From: Candidatus Dojkabacteria bacterium
GTDB lineage: Bacteria; Patescibacteriota; Dojkabacteria; B142; WJKM01
Assembly (NCBI GenBank): GCA_014729085.1
Contig: WJKM01000011.1
Location: 170,852-234,851, forward strand
Length of the DNA stretch: 64,000 nt
Direction of reading: 5' to 3'
The notes beneath the pieces were generated by a model. That model did not search any database. It worked only from the letters and a program-made list of their open reading frames with translations, and was not told the origin of the DNA. Each line of letters starts with the position of its first letter. Position 1 is the first letter of the stretch. A program made the position numbers and the translations under genes. Positions 49,728 to 58,670 of the stretch are shown piece by piece.

Positions 49728-51563
49728 ATGAAAAATATTTTTGTGAATCCATTTTTAAAACTCATTATTTTCTTTTCGGTTTTTTTTGTTTTCAATTTAG
49801 TTGGTTTTAGTACTGTACATGCAGATGAGTTTTTACTAGCTTTTCCAATTGAAGACAGTTTTTGTGAAAGAGCAGACGAAGGAGGTTTAGGAGAAGGATA
49901 TTGGAAAAAGTTTATTTTGGAAGATGCTACTGGACAAAGATATGATTTTATACATAGAAATTATCCATACAACGCTTCAGAAGGAGAGAATTTAAATATC
50001 TACATAGATCCTTTAGAATGCAACTGGGAACAAGGTCTAACTTTTAAAGTACTCATAGACACAGCTAATCTCCCTTTAAATTTAACCTTGACCTTGGTAG
50101 GAGAAGACACAACAGGGAATGAATTTACTGTTTCGGATCAGAGCAATAATTATGAACTTACTTTTCTTAATGCAGGTAGTGATGATTATGATGTATGGTG
50201 GGGAGGTGGGACTACCGAGGAACCTCCTGATGACCCAATTGAATTTTATCAGTCAGGTACTGGTCCTGAGCCTGGCGAACAACCAACATCGAGGCCTGCA
50301 CCAACAGTAGTCGAGGGTAGATGTTCGGAGTTAGGAGAATCTGATCCAAAATACCTAGAGAATTACTTTACCTGTACAATGGTTAGAGGACGAAGTGGTC
50401 GGACTGTAAGTCCAGGTGTTTCTGAAACATATTGCAATACTAGTGATGGATATTATGAGGATCCGAAATGTTTGGGAGGGGATCTAGGTGAGGATACTGT
50501 ATGCGTTCCTTGTATAACAGGAGAGTCCGGATCTGGTGAATATCAAGCTGATTGTTCCGCTACAGGAACTTGTGGAGGTGGGCTTGAATGTCGAGACATA
50601 GGGGGAAACTTAATATGTGTACACAGGTTTAGAAGTCAGGGAGAAGGTGAGAGATGTACTGTTGGAGCTCAGGAATGTGCATATACAAGATATTCTCCCT
50701 ATACCTGTGAAGCTAGTGATATTGGTGGGGCAGTTGGGGCTTTGGGAACTTGCGTTACTCGTAGTAGGACTGATATAGGGGATGATGAAGAAGCTTCCGG
50801 TGCTATTGGATTTTATAAATCAGCAGAATTAGAGGAGGAACAGGTTTTTTTAGAAATAAGCAAAGGTTCTTCAATGTCTCGTTATGAGGTAACAACATGC
50901 GAAGAAATAAATGCATGTGCAAGAGGAGAGCTGGCTGAATATGCAGTTGATCCAGCCGAACCAGGTAAGTACAAGATAAGAGTTTTTCGTTCAGGTAGCA
51001 CCGATGCAGAAGATGAAGATGAAATTGAGATAGGAGAAGGGGAGCAAAGAATGATTATAGTTCATCTTGAAGATGGAAAACTATCTTTGTCTGATATAGA
51101 GGCAGGTTATTTAGGAATAAGTTTATCTAATGAAGGACTTGAGGGTTGTGCTATAAGTACAGGATATGACCTAACTTGTGCAAATTGTATTGCCAGAAAA
51201 GCTAATGGTGACCCCTTTACAAGTATAGAAGAGGTTGTTGCATCTTTCCAAACGGGGGATGCAGCTTATACAAATAATGTTTATACAGCACTGGGTTGTT
51301 GGGATACTACATATGAAGGAACTCTTACAAGAGTATTACAGATAGGGTTAGGGATTTCGGGAGCATTAATACTTGTTAGAATGGGGCAGGCCTTAACCAA
51401 GATAATGTCAGCTGATAATCCTGAAAAGAAAAAAGAAGGAATCGATATGATAGTTTCTGCATTTATGGCATTGTTGATGTTATTGTTTGGAGCGATAGGG
51501 CTAAGGTTTTTAGGAATAAATGTACTTAAAGTCTTACCTCCTGGTACAATAGAAATAGAATGA
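49728..51563 (+). CDS. large secreted Cys-rich protein with a C-terminal VirB2/TrbC-like two-helix membrane hairpin (array member 1)
   Basis: Signal peptide (…GFSTVHA-DE); ~450-aa ectodomain with more than 30 Cys (EGF-like spacing); C-terminal TM1 VLQIGLGISGALILV, loop SADNPEKKKEG, TM2 IDMIVSAFMALLMLLFGAIGL. The last ~150 aa are ~85% identical to member 2. Confidence 0.6.
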   Translation: MKNIFVNPFLKLIIFFSVFFVFNLVGFSTVHADEFLLAFPIEDSFCERADEGGLGEGYWKKFILEDATGQRYDFIHRNYPYNASEGENLNIYIDPLECNWEQGLTFKVLIDTANLPLNLTLTLVGEDTTGNEFTVSDQSNNYELTFLNAGSDDYDVWWGGGTTEEPPDDPIEFYQSGTGPEPGEQPTSRPAPTVVEGRCSELGESDPKYLENYFTCTMVRGRSGRTVSPGVSETYCNTSDGYYEDPKCLGGDLGEDTVCVPCITGESGSGEYQADCSATGTCGGGLECRDIGGNLICVHRFRSQGEGERCTVGAQECAYTRYSPYTCEASDIGGAVGALGTCVTRSRTDIGDDEEASGAIGFYKSAELEEEQVFLEISKGSSMSRYEVTTCEEINACARGELAEYAVDPAEPGKYKIRVFRSGSTDAEDEDEIEIGEGEQRMIIVHLEDGKLSLSDIEAGYLGISLSNEGLEGCAISTGYDLTCANCIARKANGDPFTSIEEVVASFQTGDAAYTNNVYTALGCWDTTYEGTLTRVLQIGLGISGALILVRMGQALTKIMSADNPEKKKEGIDMIVSAFMALLMLLFGAIGLRFLGINVLKVLPPGTIEIE

Positions 51564-51603
51564 ATGCAGGAGATATATTATTAACAAAAGCTTAAAAAAT
51601 ACT

Positions 51604-53205
51604 ATGAACGTTGTCTTGAAGTTATTTAAGAGAATACCATTTTTTCTATGTATTTTTATCTTAGTTTTCGTTCTAGATATAAAGTTTAATAGAACTTATG
51701 TTTATGCCACTGATGTGATTTATGTGAGGATCAATAATACTTGTCCAAGGGAACCGAATCAATTAAAAAGTATAGATAGTTTTGAGGTAGAAGGATCTGA
51801 TCTTGAACCAATAATGACTAGCGGAATACTCGGTGCATACTGTCCCTCAGCTCCTGATGGAGGGCAGTTTTTCCAATGGTTTAATGGTCCTGCCGAGATG
51901 GAATATACTTTTCATTTAACTGGGGAATTTGAAAGCGGAGAGGAAATAGATGACGAGATGGTAACTGCAACACCTGTTGCTTCATCAGATGGAATGGGGG
52001 GTACATGGCATTATGTAGAGCTTACATTTGATCCGCCAAGCTCTGCAACTTCGACACCACCTACTACGGGTACTACAACTCTTACTCCAACAACAAGTCC
52101 AGGCAATAACCCAGGAACTATTAATTTCATCTCGCCTGTTTCATCAGTAACAAATGCTGGAGCTATACCGCTTGAGGTAAGTTTAGAAGATATAAATTGT
52201 GACGATGACTATTCCTTTCGTGTTGACATAACGGATATTTCAGGGGCACGAACAACAAATATTTTTTTTCAGAACATTGATAACGACGAGATAGATGATG
52301 GAGAATATTCAATATCCCAATCATTTGACCTCTTGAGAGATCCTCCTTGGTGCATCTCAACTGATGCTTGCAGCAATCAAGAGTTCAGGTTAACAGCATA
52401 TGCTGATTGTGGAAGCGAGACTAACAGAGGACAAAGGAATTTTACGATATATAAGGAATCCGAGGAAATAACTGATGTATCTATTGAAATCGAAACGGTA
52501 GATCTAGGCGATACTTATGAAATTCAACTCGCTTTCAACAATGAAAGAAGGAATTTTACTGAAGAAAGCGGGACAGAAGTATTTGAGAATGTGGCTTTTG
52601 GAAATCATCCTTATACTGCACGTGCTGTTTATACTGATGGGGACGAGGAAGTAACCGAAAATTATGAAGGAGAGGTAGAGGTTACAGAGCATAATCAGAT
52701 CATCATTATCAGAATAAGAAAAGGAGGCTCACATGCTGTCGTAGCGCCAATGAAATATGTATCAATTTCCAACGAGGGACTCGAAGGATGCGCAGTAAGT
52801 ACAGGGTACGACTTAACTTGTGCAAATTGCATTGCCAGAAAAGCAAATGGTGACCCCTTTACCAGTGTAGAAGAAGTTGTAACATCATTTGAATCTCAGG
52901 ATGCAATTTATACCAATAATGTATATACTGCATTTGGATGTTGGGATCCCACTTATTCCGGCACTATAACCAGAATACTACAAATAGGGCTAGGAATTTC
53001 GGGGGCAATGATACTTCTTAGAATAGGCCAAGCTCTAACAAAGATAATGTCGGCTGATAACCCTGAGAAAAAGAAAGAAGGAGTAGATATGATTGTTTCC
53101 GCATTCATGGCTTTGATTATGTTACTTTGTGGGGCTATTGGTTTACGTTTCTTGGGCATAAATGTACTTAAAGTTTTACCTCCTGGTACAATAGAAGTGG
53201 AGTAG
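51604..53205 (+). CDS. large secreted Cys-rich protein with a C-terminal VirB2/TrbC-like hairpin (array member 2)
   Basis: Signal peptide; Thr/Pro-rich stretch (TSTPPTTGTTTLTPTTSPGNNPG); unrelated N-terminal head; C-terminal module ISNEGLEGCAVSTGYDLTCANCIARKANGDPFTSVEEVV...LKVLPPGTIEVE shared with member 1. Confidence 0.6.
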   Translation: MNVVLKLFKRIPFFLCIFILVFVLDIKFNRTYVYATDVIYVRINNTCPREPNQLKSIDSFEVEGSDLEPIMTSGILGAYCPSAPDGGQFFQWFNGPAEMEYTFHLTGEFESGEEIDDEMVTATPVASSDGMGGTWHYVELTFDPPSSATSTPPTTGTTTLTPTTSPGNNPGTINFISPVSSVTNAGAIPLEVSLEDINCDDDYSFRVDITDISGARTTNIFFQNIDNDEIDDGEYSISQSFDLLRDPPWCISTDACSNQEFRLTAYADCGSETNRGQRNFTIYKESEEITDVSIEIETVDLGDTYEIQLAFNNERRNFTEESGTEVFENVAFGNHPYTARAVYTDGDEEVTENYEGEVEVTEHNQIIIIRIRKGGSHAVVAPMKYVSISNEGLEGCAVSTGYDLTCANCIARKANGDPFTSVEEVVTSFESQDAIYTNNVYTAFGCWDPTYSGTITRILQIGLGISGAMILLRIGQALTKIMSADNPEKKKEGVDMIVSAFMALIMLLCGAIGLRFLGINVLKVLPPGTIEVE

Positions 53206-53247
53206 TTAAATTAATCTTTGAAGTCTAACTTTTAATTCAAGAAAATT

Positions 53248-53595
53248 ATGAATATAAAAAAATTGATTTATTCATTATTTTTATTATCCATGATTGTCGG
53301 TTTTAGATACAGAGTAATGGCTGTTACTATACCAAATCCTTTTGCCGGCGATTTCCTTGATAATTTTACAAGGATTACGAGTGTAATTAGACCCGCAACC
53401 GTGCTGAGCTTCTTAGGAGTTGTTTTGTGGGGAGGCTTTACTATAGAAACAGCTGGCGACAATGCAGATAAGATGTCTAAGGGATGGAAAATTATATTAG
53501 CTGGAATTATTGGTTTTGTAGTAATGATTATAGCACCTTCTCTTCCTGATTTTATAGCTATGATTTTTGGGACGGAAGGATTGATTGATTTTTGA
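53248..53595 (+). CDS. VirB2/TrbC-like pilin-like small protein (array member 3)
   Basis: 115 aa; cleavable signal peptide (MNIKKLIYSLFLLSMIVGFRYRVMA), TM1 ATVLSFLGVVLWGGFTI, loop ETAGDNADKMSKGWK, TM2 IILAGIIGFVVMIIAPSL. The size and topology are those of a T4SS pilin subunit. Confidence 0.55.
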   Translation: MNIKKLIYSLFLLSMIVGFRYRVMAVTIPNPFAGDFLDNFTRITSVIRPATVLSFLGVVLWGGFTIETAGDNADKMSKGWKIILAGIIGFVVMIIAPSLPDFIAMIFGTEGLIDF

Positions 53596-53614
53596 TTATT
53601 AAATATTCCAAATA

Positions 53615-54577
53615 TTGGATATAAGTATAATGATGACAAAGAATCCACAAGGGCTATTTATTAAGTTCACAAAATATTTTTTCATATTAACCTGTGCTTT
53701 TTCGGTATTTTCTATTAAAGTTAAAGCTCAGGAGGCTCCATTAATTGACTGGCGTTGCAGCAGGGAACAGTTATTTAGAAGTGATTCAGACAGAAATCAG
53801 CTAATAAAGAGGCAGGAAGAGGAAGGAGAAACCTGTGGTGATTCTTTGTCTGATGTATGCGAAAAAGGTTTTGAAGGATATGAAGAAGAAGACCCCTGTT
53901 GGGAACATTTGAAGTATTGTTATGCAAATAGTTGTTGTGTGGAAAATAATACTCAAGCGCAGTTAGTTTGTTTGGAACTGAATTATCCCGCTGGAAATGA
54001 AGCTACCAGTAGTCTTGGGGAGGGAGGAGTAAATTTTTTTAGAACTGACTTTATTCTTAATAAGAAAACTCTGCCCATAATTATAAGGATGGTATTAACA
54101 GTAATTTTTGCTGCATGGGTGATATATAAATTCTGGGATGCTATTAAAGGATTTGATTATTGGCTTCAAGCGGCTAACTCGGGAGAAGATGCAGAAAAGG
54201 CAAAGAATCATTTTACTCATGCAATGCTGGGTTCGGCAATTGGTGTTGCAGGAGTTTTACTTACTACTCTAATTTTTAAATTAGGTGGATATGACGAACC
54301 GTTTAATTTTGATCCGGATATAGATAGACTTTTAGATGTTGACTGTGTTGGGATTAGAGACAGTGCTGTTGAATGTGAACATTATGACTTAAGTTGTGAT
54401 TTATCTATTACCAGTTCACATAGAACGGCTGAAGAATGTGACCAATCGGAGAGGGAAGAACCAGGAACTTGCGAATTTACATGTACTAGCAAAGAGGAGG
54501 TAGAGACAGTCGAGAGTGCAGTAACATGCTGGGGAATAACAGGAATGGGAGGCCCTCTAGAAAGAAATTGTGATTAG
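53615..54577 (+). CDS. secreted Cys-rich protein with an internal pilin-like TM hairpin (array member 4)
   Basis: Signal peptide; Cys-rich N-terminal domain; TM1 IIIRMVLTVIFAAWVIY, loop ANSGEDAEKAKNHF, TM2 LGSAIGVAGVLLTTLIF; Cys-rich C-terminal domain. Confidence 0.55.
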   Translation: MDISIMMTKNPQGLFIKFTKYFFILTCAFSVFSIKVKAQEAPLIDWRCSREQLFRSDSDRNQLIKRQEEEGETCGDSLSDVCEKGFEGYEEEDPCWEHLKYCYANSCCVENNTQAQLVCLELNYPAGNEATSSLGEGGVNFFRTDFILNKKTLPIIIRMVLTVIFAAWVIYKFWDAIKGFDYWLQAANSGEDAEKAKNHFTHAMLGSAIGVAGVLLTTLIFKLGGYDEPFNFDPDIDRLLDVDCVGIRDSAVECEHYDLSCDLSITSSHRTAEECDQSEREEPGTCEFTCTSKEEVETVESAVTCWGITGMGGPLERNCD

Positions 54578-54600
54578 GGTATTTTTTATTTAATAGTTTT

Positions 54601-55359
54601 ATGAATCTAAAAAAGCTAATTAGAAAATTTGGATACTATTCATTTTTCCTTGTTTTTATTTTTTCTCTTATATTTACAAATGTATTGGCCCAGGATGATG
54701 GAGTTTCTATTTCTACTGGAGATGATGACTCGAGAAAAATATTTCTTCATATTTTCCCGCCTTCAACAATAGCTGATTTAAGGAAGTATGGAATATTGAG
54801 ATTCGCCGGTTATTTGGGGGTTATTATTGTGGCGGTTCTTCTTCTCGAAACAATTTTTGTCATTATTAAGACAGCAATGGAATTCTCAACAGACGAAGCA
54901 AAAGAGATAGAAGATGCATTCAAATCTACGCAAAACCTATGGCAAGGAGTAGGATGGGCATTAGGTTCTTTCATAGCATATGCAGGGATATCCATTTTTT
55001 TAGGGACAGGCAATATGTTTAATTGGGCATCAAAGCTTTATCAATGCAACACTGAAATTCTATTTAGAGCTGAATACAGAGCAGCGGTTATTAATCCAGA
55101 TTTATTCAAGGACGAAGTAATGATATATTGTTGCAGTAATCTTGAACGTGTAAATATCCCCGAAGATGAGAGAGGTGAAGGCAGACTTAGCATTTCAAGT
55201 TGGCATTCTTATACATATTCCAGGGATTTGGAAGCAGTCGGTGTGGGAACTAAAGAAGACGGGGGATGGCTCTTTATAGCTGACCCTGAAGGAACAGGTC
55301 CTAATGTTATCCCTTCAGATGTAAAGAGTTCACAGGGATGTGAAGAGTTTACTGTTTGA
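54601..55359 (+). CDS. secreted protein with a pilin-like TM hairpin (array member 5)
   Basis: Signal peptide; TM1 FAGYLGVIIVAVLLLETIFVII, loop KTAMEFSTDEAKEIEDAFKSTQ, TM2 GVGWALGSFIAYAGISIFL; C-terminal Cys-containing domain. Confidence 0.55.
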   Translation: MNLKKLIRKFGYYSFFLVFIFSLIFTNVLAQDDGVSISTGDDDSRKIFLHIFPPSTIADLRKYGILRFAGYLGVIIVAVLLLETIFVIIKTAMEFSTDEAKEIEDAFKSTQNLWQGVGWALGSFIAYAGISIFLGTGNMFNWASKLYQCNTEILFRAEYRAAVINPDLFKDEVMIYCCSNLERVNIPEDERGEGRLSISSWHSYTYSRDLEAVGVGTKEDGGWLFIADPEGTGPNVIPSDVKSSQGCEEFTV

Positions 55360-55426
55360 ACTAATATGAATATTGAGCTATTATGAACTTAGCGATAATT
55401 TATTTAAAATTTAAAATTTTCTGCCT

Positions 55427-56041
55427 ATGAAAAAAAGATCGATATTTTACACTTCTATGTTGTCGCTTTTTTTGTTTGCGATGACTTTGCAAGAGACATA
55501 TGCACAATGGTTACCGCCATTTCTACAGGATATGCTTGAGGGCAATGTGATTTTTAAAGCACAGAACAGAATAAAAGTTTTTTTTGTTCTTATGATTGGA
55601 GCTTTCCTCATTTTGGTTGTATTCATGATTATTAAAGGTTTAATGGACTTTTCAAGAGATGAAGCTCAAGAGATAAGTGACGCAGGAAAAGTCATGCAGA
55701 AGCAATTTGTTGCTGTGGGAGGTGTATTTGTTGCTGTCCTTGGATTAGCAGTTGTGTTAGTGTTTTTTGGTTCAACAATTATTCAACCTGAACCTGTTTG
55801 TATTGAATTTCCTGACAGTTATGGTTGCTGGGTTTGTCAAAATAAAGGGAAGGTCAATTTTGATTCTAGTGCTGGAGTATCGGCTGAAGATGCCTGTGCA
55901 GAATGTAATAGTCATCCCGATGATGGGCTGATTCCACCGAATGATATAGAGTGCAGAAGATCTATAGGGGCAGATGCACCAGATAAGGAAGGAGAATCTC
56001 TAACAGATGCAGAGATAGAAGAAGATTTGGGAATAACCTAA
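55427..56041 (+). CDS. secreted protein with a pilin-like TM hairpin (array member 6)
   Basis: Signal peptide; TM1 VFFVLMIGAFLILVVFMII, loop KGLMDFSRDEAQEISDAGKVMQ (paralogous to member 5), TM2 FVAVGGVFVAVLGLAVVLVFF; Cys-rich C-terminus (CIEFPDSYGCWVCQNKG...CAECNSHPDDG). Confidence 0.55.
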   Translation: MKKRSIFYTSMLSLFLFAMTLQETYAQWLPPFLQDMLEGNVIFKAQNRIKVFFVLMIGAFLILVVFMIIKGLMDFSRDEAQEISDAGKVMQKQFVAVGGVFVAVLGLAVVLVFFGSTIIQPEPVCIEFPDSYGCWVCQNKGKVNFDSSAGVSAEDACAECNSHPDDGLIPPNDIECRRSIGADAPDKEGESLTDAEIEEDLGIT

Positions 56042-56243
56042 GAATAAATATAAATTTAATTAAAAAATTGCAGGGGATTATACCTCTCCTAGATCAGAAT
56101 ATCCGATTGTCTCTCCCTCCGGTCAGTTAATCGTACTTTTGATTTAGACTCGGCACAAGGGATCGTGCAATTTTTGACCGCAAATTGATAACATGATTAT
56201 TGCACAAATTCGTTTTCGATTAGTATATTAATTTTTTAAGTTA

Positions 56244-57293
56244 ATGAGAATCAAAAATTTTAAATATACTTTAAGGTATGTTGTATATGTACCTTTAGTT
56301 TCACTTCTCTTTTTTACAAACATTGTTTCACCAGTTTTTTCCCAATCTCAGGAAGATGTCAATCCTCTCTATGATGCCAGTAAGGAAGATCAGGTATTTG
56401 CAAATTACAACTATGATTGTTCAAATTTGGCTTGGCCGTCTAATGTAAAAGGTGTGTACAGAAAATTTTTGGATGGACCTCTTGATAGAAAATGGGCTTA
56501 TACCTTTTATATTTTCAAAAGTGATGAGAATATACTTGACTTAGAAAAACAGCATATAGATCATAAGGGGACAGCAAATGATCCATTTAGAACAGAAGAT
56601 AACGATAGACTTCTTTTAGGTCCTATGTATGTTTCAGATGAGGATGCAGAAACTTATGGTATTTTAGAAGAGTATGAAGGAAAAATTATTTGCTGGGCTG
56701 GATATTCAGGGGTTAAATGTAGTTCACCAAATGCATGGTATAAGGTATGTGCAGGTGAAGGTGTGGTCGATGCTTATCTATGTGATCCTAATGATAATAC
56801 GTTAGACCGAATAACTATAGAAACAGATGATTCTGGTCAGTGCGGACCAAGCGATATAGGTAAAGTTATAGAAAATACAGCAGGCGTAAGTGATTTAGCT
56901 GTAACTAATCCAAACATTGCTATGGCGAACTTCATACCGCCAGCGTTGCAGCAGTTGGAAAATTATTTTTTGGACTTTGTTTATCTAATTTGGGCTTTTG
57001 TTGGAACTTTTGCAGCGTTTCAGCTACTATATATTGGTTTCCAAATTATGGTTTCTGGCTTTAGTCCGGAACGTCTGGGTAAAGAATATTCCAAACTCGC
57101 ATATTGGGTAGTTGGCTTAATCGGCTTTTTTCTTGCAATTCCTGCACTACATTTCGTATATAATTCTTTAGATATTCGTCATACGAAATGTTTTTATTAC
57201 AGTGACGAAGAAAAAGGTTATGATTTAACTTTACCTGGATTTACTTTTTTCTTCAAAGATGTATGTACTGGAGAATATTCAATAGAAGAGTAA
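56244..57293 (+). CDS. secreted Cys-containing protein with a C-terminal pilin-like TM hairpin (array member 7)
   Basis: Signal peptide; ~220-aa ectodomain with Cys pairs; TM1 FVYLIWAFVGTFAAFQLLYIGF, loop SGFSPERLGKEYSK, TM2 LAYWVVGLIGFFLAIPALHFV. Confidence 0.5.
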   Translation: MRIKNFKYTLRYVVYVPLVSLLFFTNIVSPVFSQSQEDVNPLYDASKEDQVFANYNYDCSNLAWPSNVKGVYRKFLDGPLDRKWAYTFYIFKSDENILDLEKQHIDHKGTANDPFRTEDNDRLLLGPMYVSDEDAETYGILEEYEGKIICWAGYSGVKCSSPNAWYKVCAGEGVVDAYLCDPNDNTLDRITIETDDSGQCGPSDIGKVIENTAGVSDLAVTNPNIAMANFIPPALQQLENYFLDFVYLIWAFVGTFAAFQLLYIGFQIMVSGFSPERLGKEYSKLAYWVVGLIGFFLAIPALHFVYNSLDIRHTKCFYYSDEEKGYDLTLPGFTFFFKDVCTGEYSIEE

Positions 57294-57449
57294 ATGGGTA
57301 CTAGCAGAAGAAGATAATACTCCGGAAAAACAGCTTTCTGAACCATCTGATTATTTTTCTAAAATTTCTAATTCGTAAGGAGATTTATATGTTTGGAGTA
57401 ATATTCTTCTATACTATAAAATGAATTTAATAAATTAATCATATTAAGT

Positions 57450-58595
57450 ATGTTAAAAATTTTGCATACAGCCGATGTTCACTTAGGAGCTAAGTTATCG
57501 TGGCTTGGCAACAAAGCAGTTATTCAACAGAAGCAACTCCTTTCAACATTTTCCGAGATTATCGATTTAGCTATTGAGAAGAAGATCGATATATTATTAA
57601 TTTCCGGCGATCTTTTCGATATTTCGTACCCAAATGGAACTCTTGTATCAGCGGTTCAAGGCCAAATCAGGAGATTAAGTGATGAGAGAATTTATACAAT
57701 TATTATTCCTGGAAACCACGATAGATTAGAACCTGAGTCTATCTGGACAAAAAGGTTTACAGATAGTGATTATTGTTTTGTAATTAACAGTAAGGGAGCT
57801 AAAGTAATTAATTTGAAAGAATTGGGAGTTAAAATATTTGGACAAGGAACATATGATCAGTTTTCTGATGAGTCTCCTCTTAAACCTTTGATTGAAAAGA
57901 AAAAAAGTACGGAAAATAATAATTATTCTATAGCTATGGTACATGGTTCGGTTGGTATTCACGCACAGATTTCAAAGAATTACCCAATTAGCAAAGATGA
58001 GATTGAGGAATCAGAATTTGATTATATTGCTTTAGGAGATTGGCATGGAAATTTAGATGTTTCTCAAGGGGATACGAAAGCTTGGTATCCAGGATCTCCG
58101 GAGATAATCGCCAAGGATCAAAAAAAATCGGGATTTGTGATTTATGTTGAAATAGGAGAGGAGGTAAAGGTCGAGTCCTTACGGGTCGGTCAGAAGAAAA
58201 TACGGGAAAAGGAAATTAATCTAAACAAAATATCGCATAATGAAGAATCAACTAAGAAGTATATTGAGAAAAAAATAATGCAGGAATTGTCTGAAGAAGC
58301 GGATGAAGATACAATCGCTCTAGTAAAAATAATAGGAAAAAAGAAAATCGATTGGCAGATAGACGCTGATGACTTAGAATATCTACTTAAAGATAAATAT
58401 TTCTATCTGAAAGTTGAGGATGAAACACAATTAGAAGTGGAGGATAAGGAATTATCCAAATATCCTGAGGAGATGGTGATTGGGAGGTATATCAGGGATG
58501 TACGGAGTGCAATTCAAAAAGAGGATAATACTGCTAAAAAAGAACTTTTAAAAGATATTTTACAGGAAGGTGTAAATAGGTTGATCACAAAATAA
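57450..58595 (+). CDS. SbcD/Mre11-like nuclease (YhaO/SbcF-type calcineurin-like phosphoesterase)
   Basis: Motifs ADVHLG, LISGDLFD, IIPGNHD, MVHGS and ALGDWH; 381 aa. Confidence 0.75.
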   Translation: MLKILHTADVHLGAKLSWLGNKAVIQQKQLLSTFSEIIDLAIEKKIDILLISGDLFDISYPNGTLVSAVQGQIRRLSDERIYTIIIPGNHDRLEPESIWTKRFTDSDYCFVINSKGAKVINLKELGVKIFGQGTYDQFSDESPLKPLIEKKKSTENNNYSIAMVHGSVGIHAQISKNYPISKDEIEESEFDYIALGDWHGNLDVSQGDTKAWYPGSPEIIAKDQKKSGFVIYVEIGEEVKVESLRVGQKKIREKEINLNKISHNEESTKKYIEKKIMQELSEEADEDTIALVKIIGKKKIDWQIDADDLEYLLKDKYFYLKVEDETQLEVEDKELSKYPEEMVIGRYIRDVRSAIQKEDNTAKKELLKDILQEGVNRLITK

Positions 58596-58670
58596 AAGAT
58601 TTTAATCGATAACTTAGTACTAAGAGATAAAAGTGATTGTAGAAATTAACGAACGATTTATCAAATTTCA

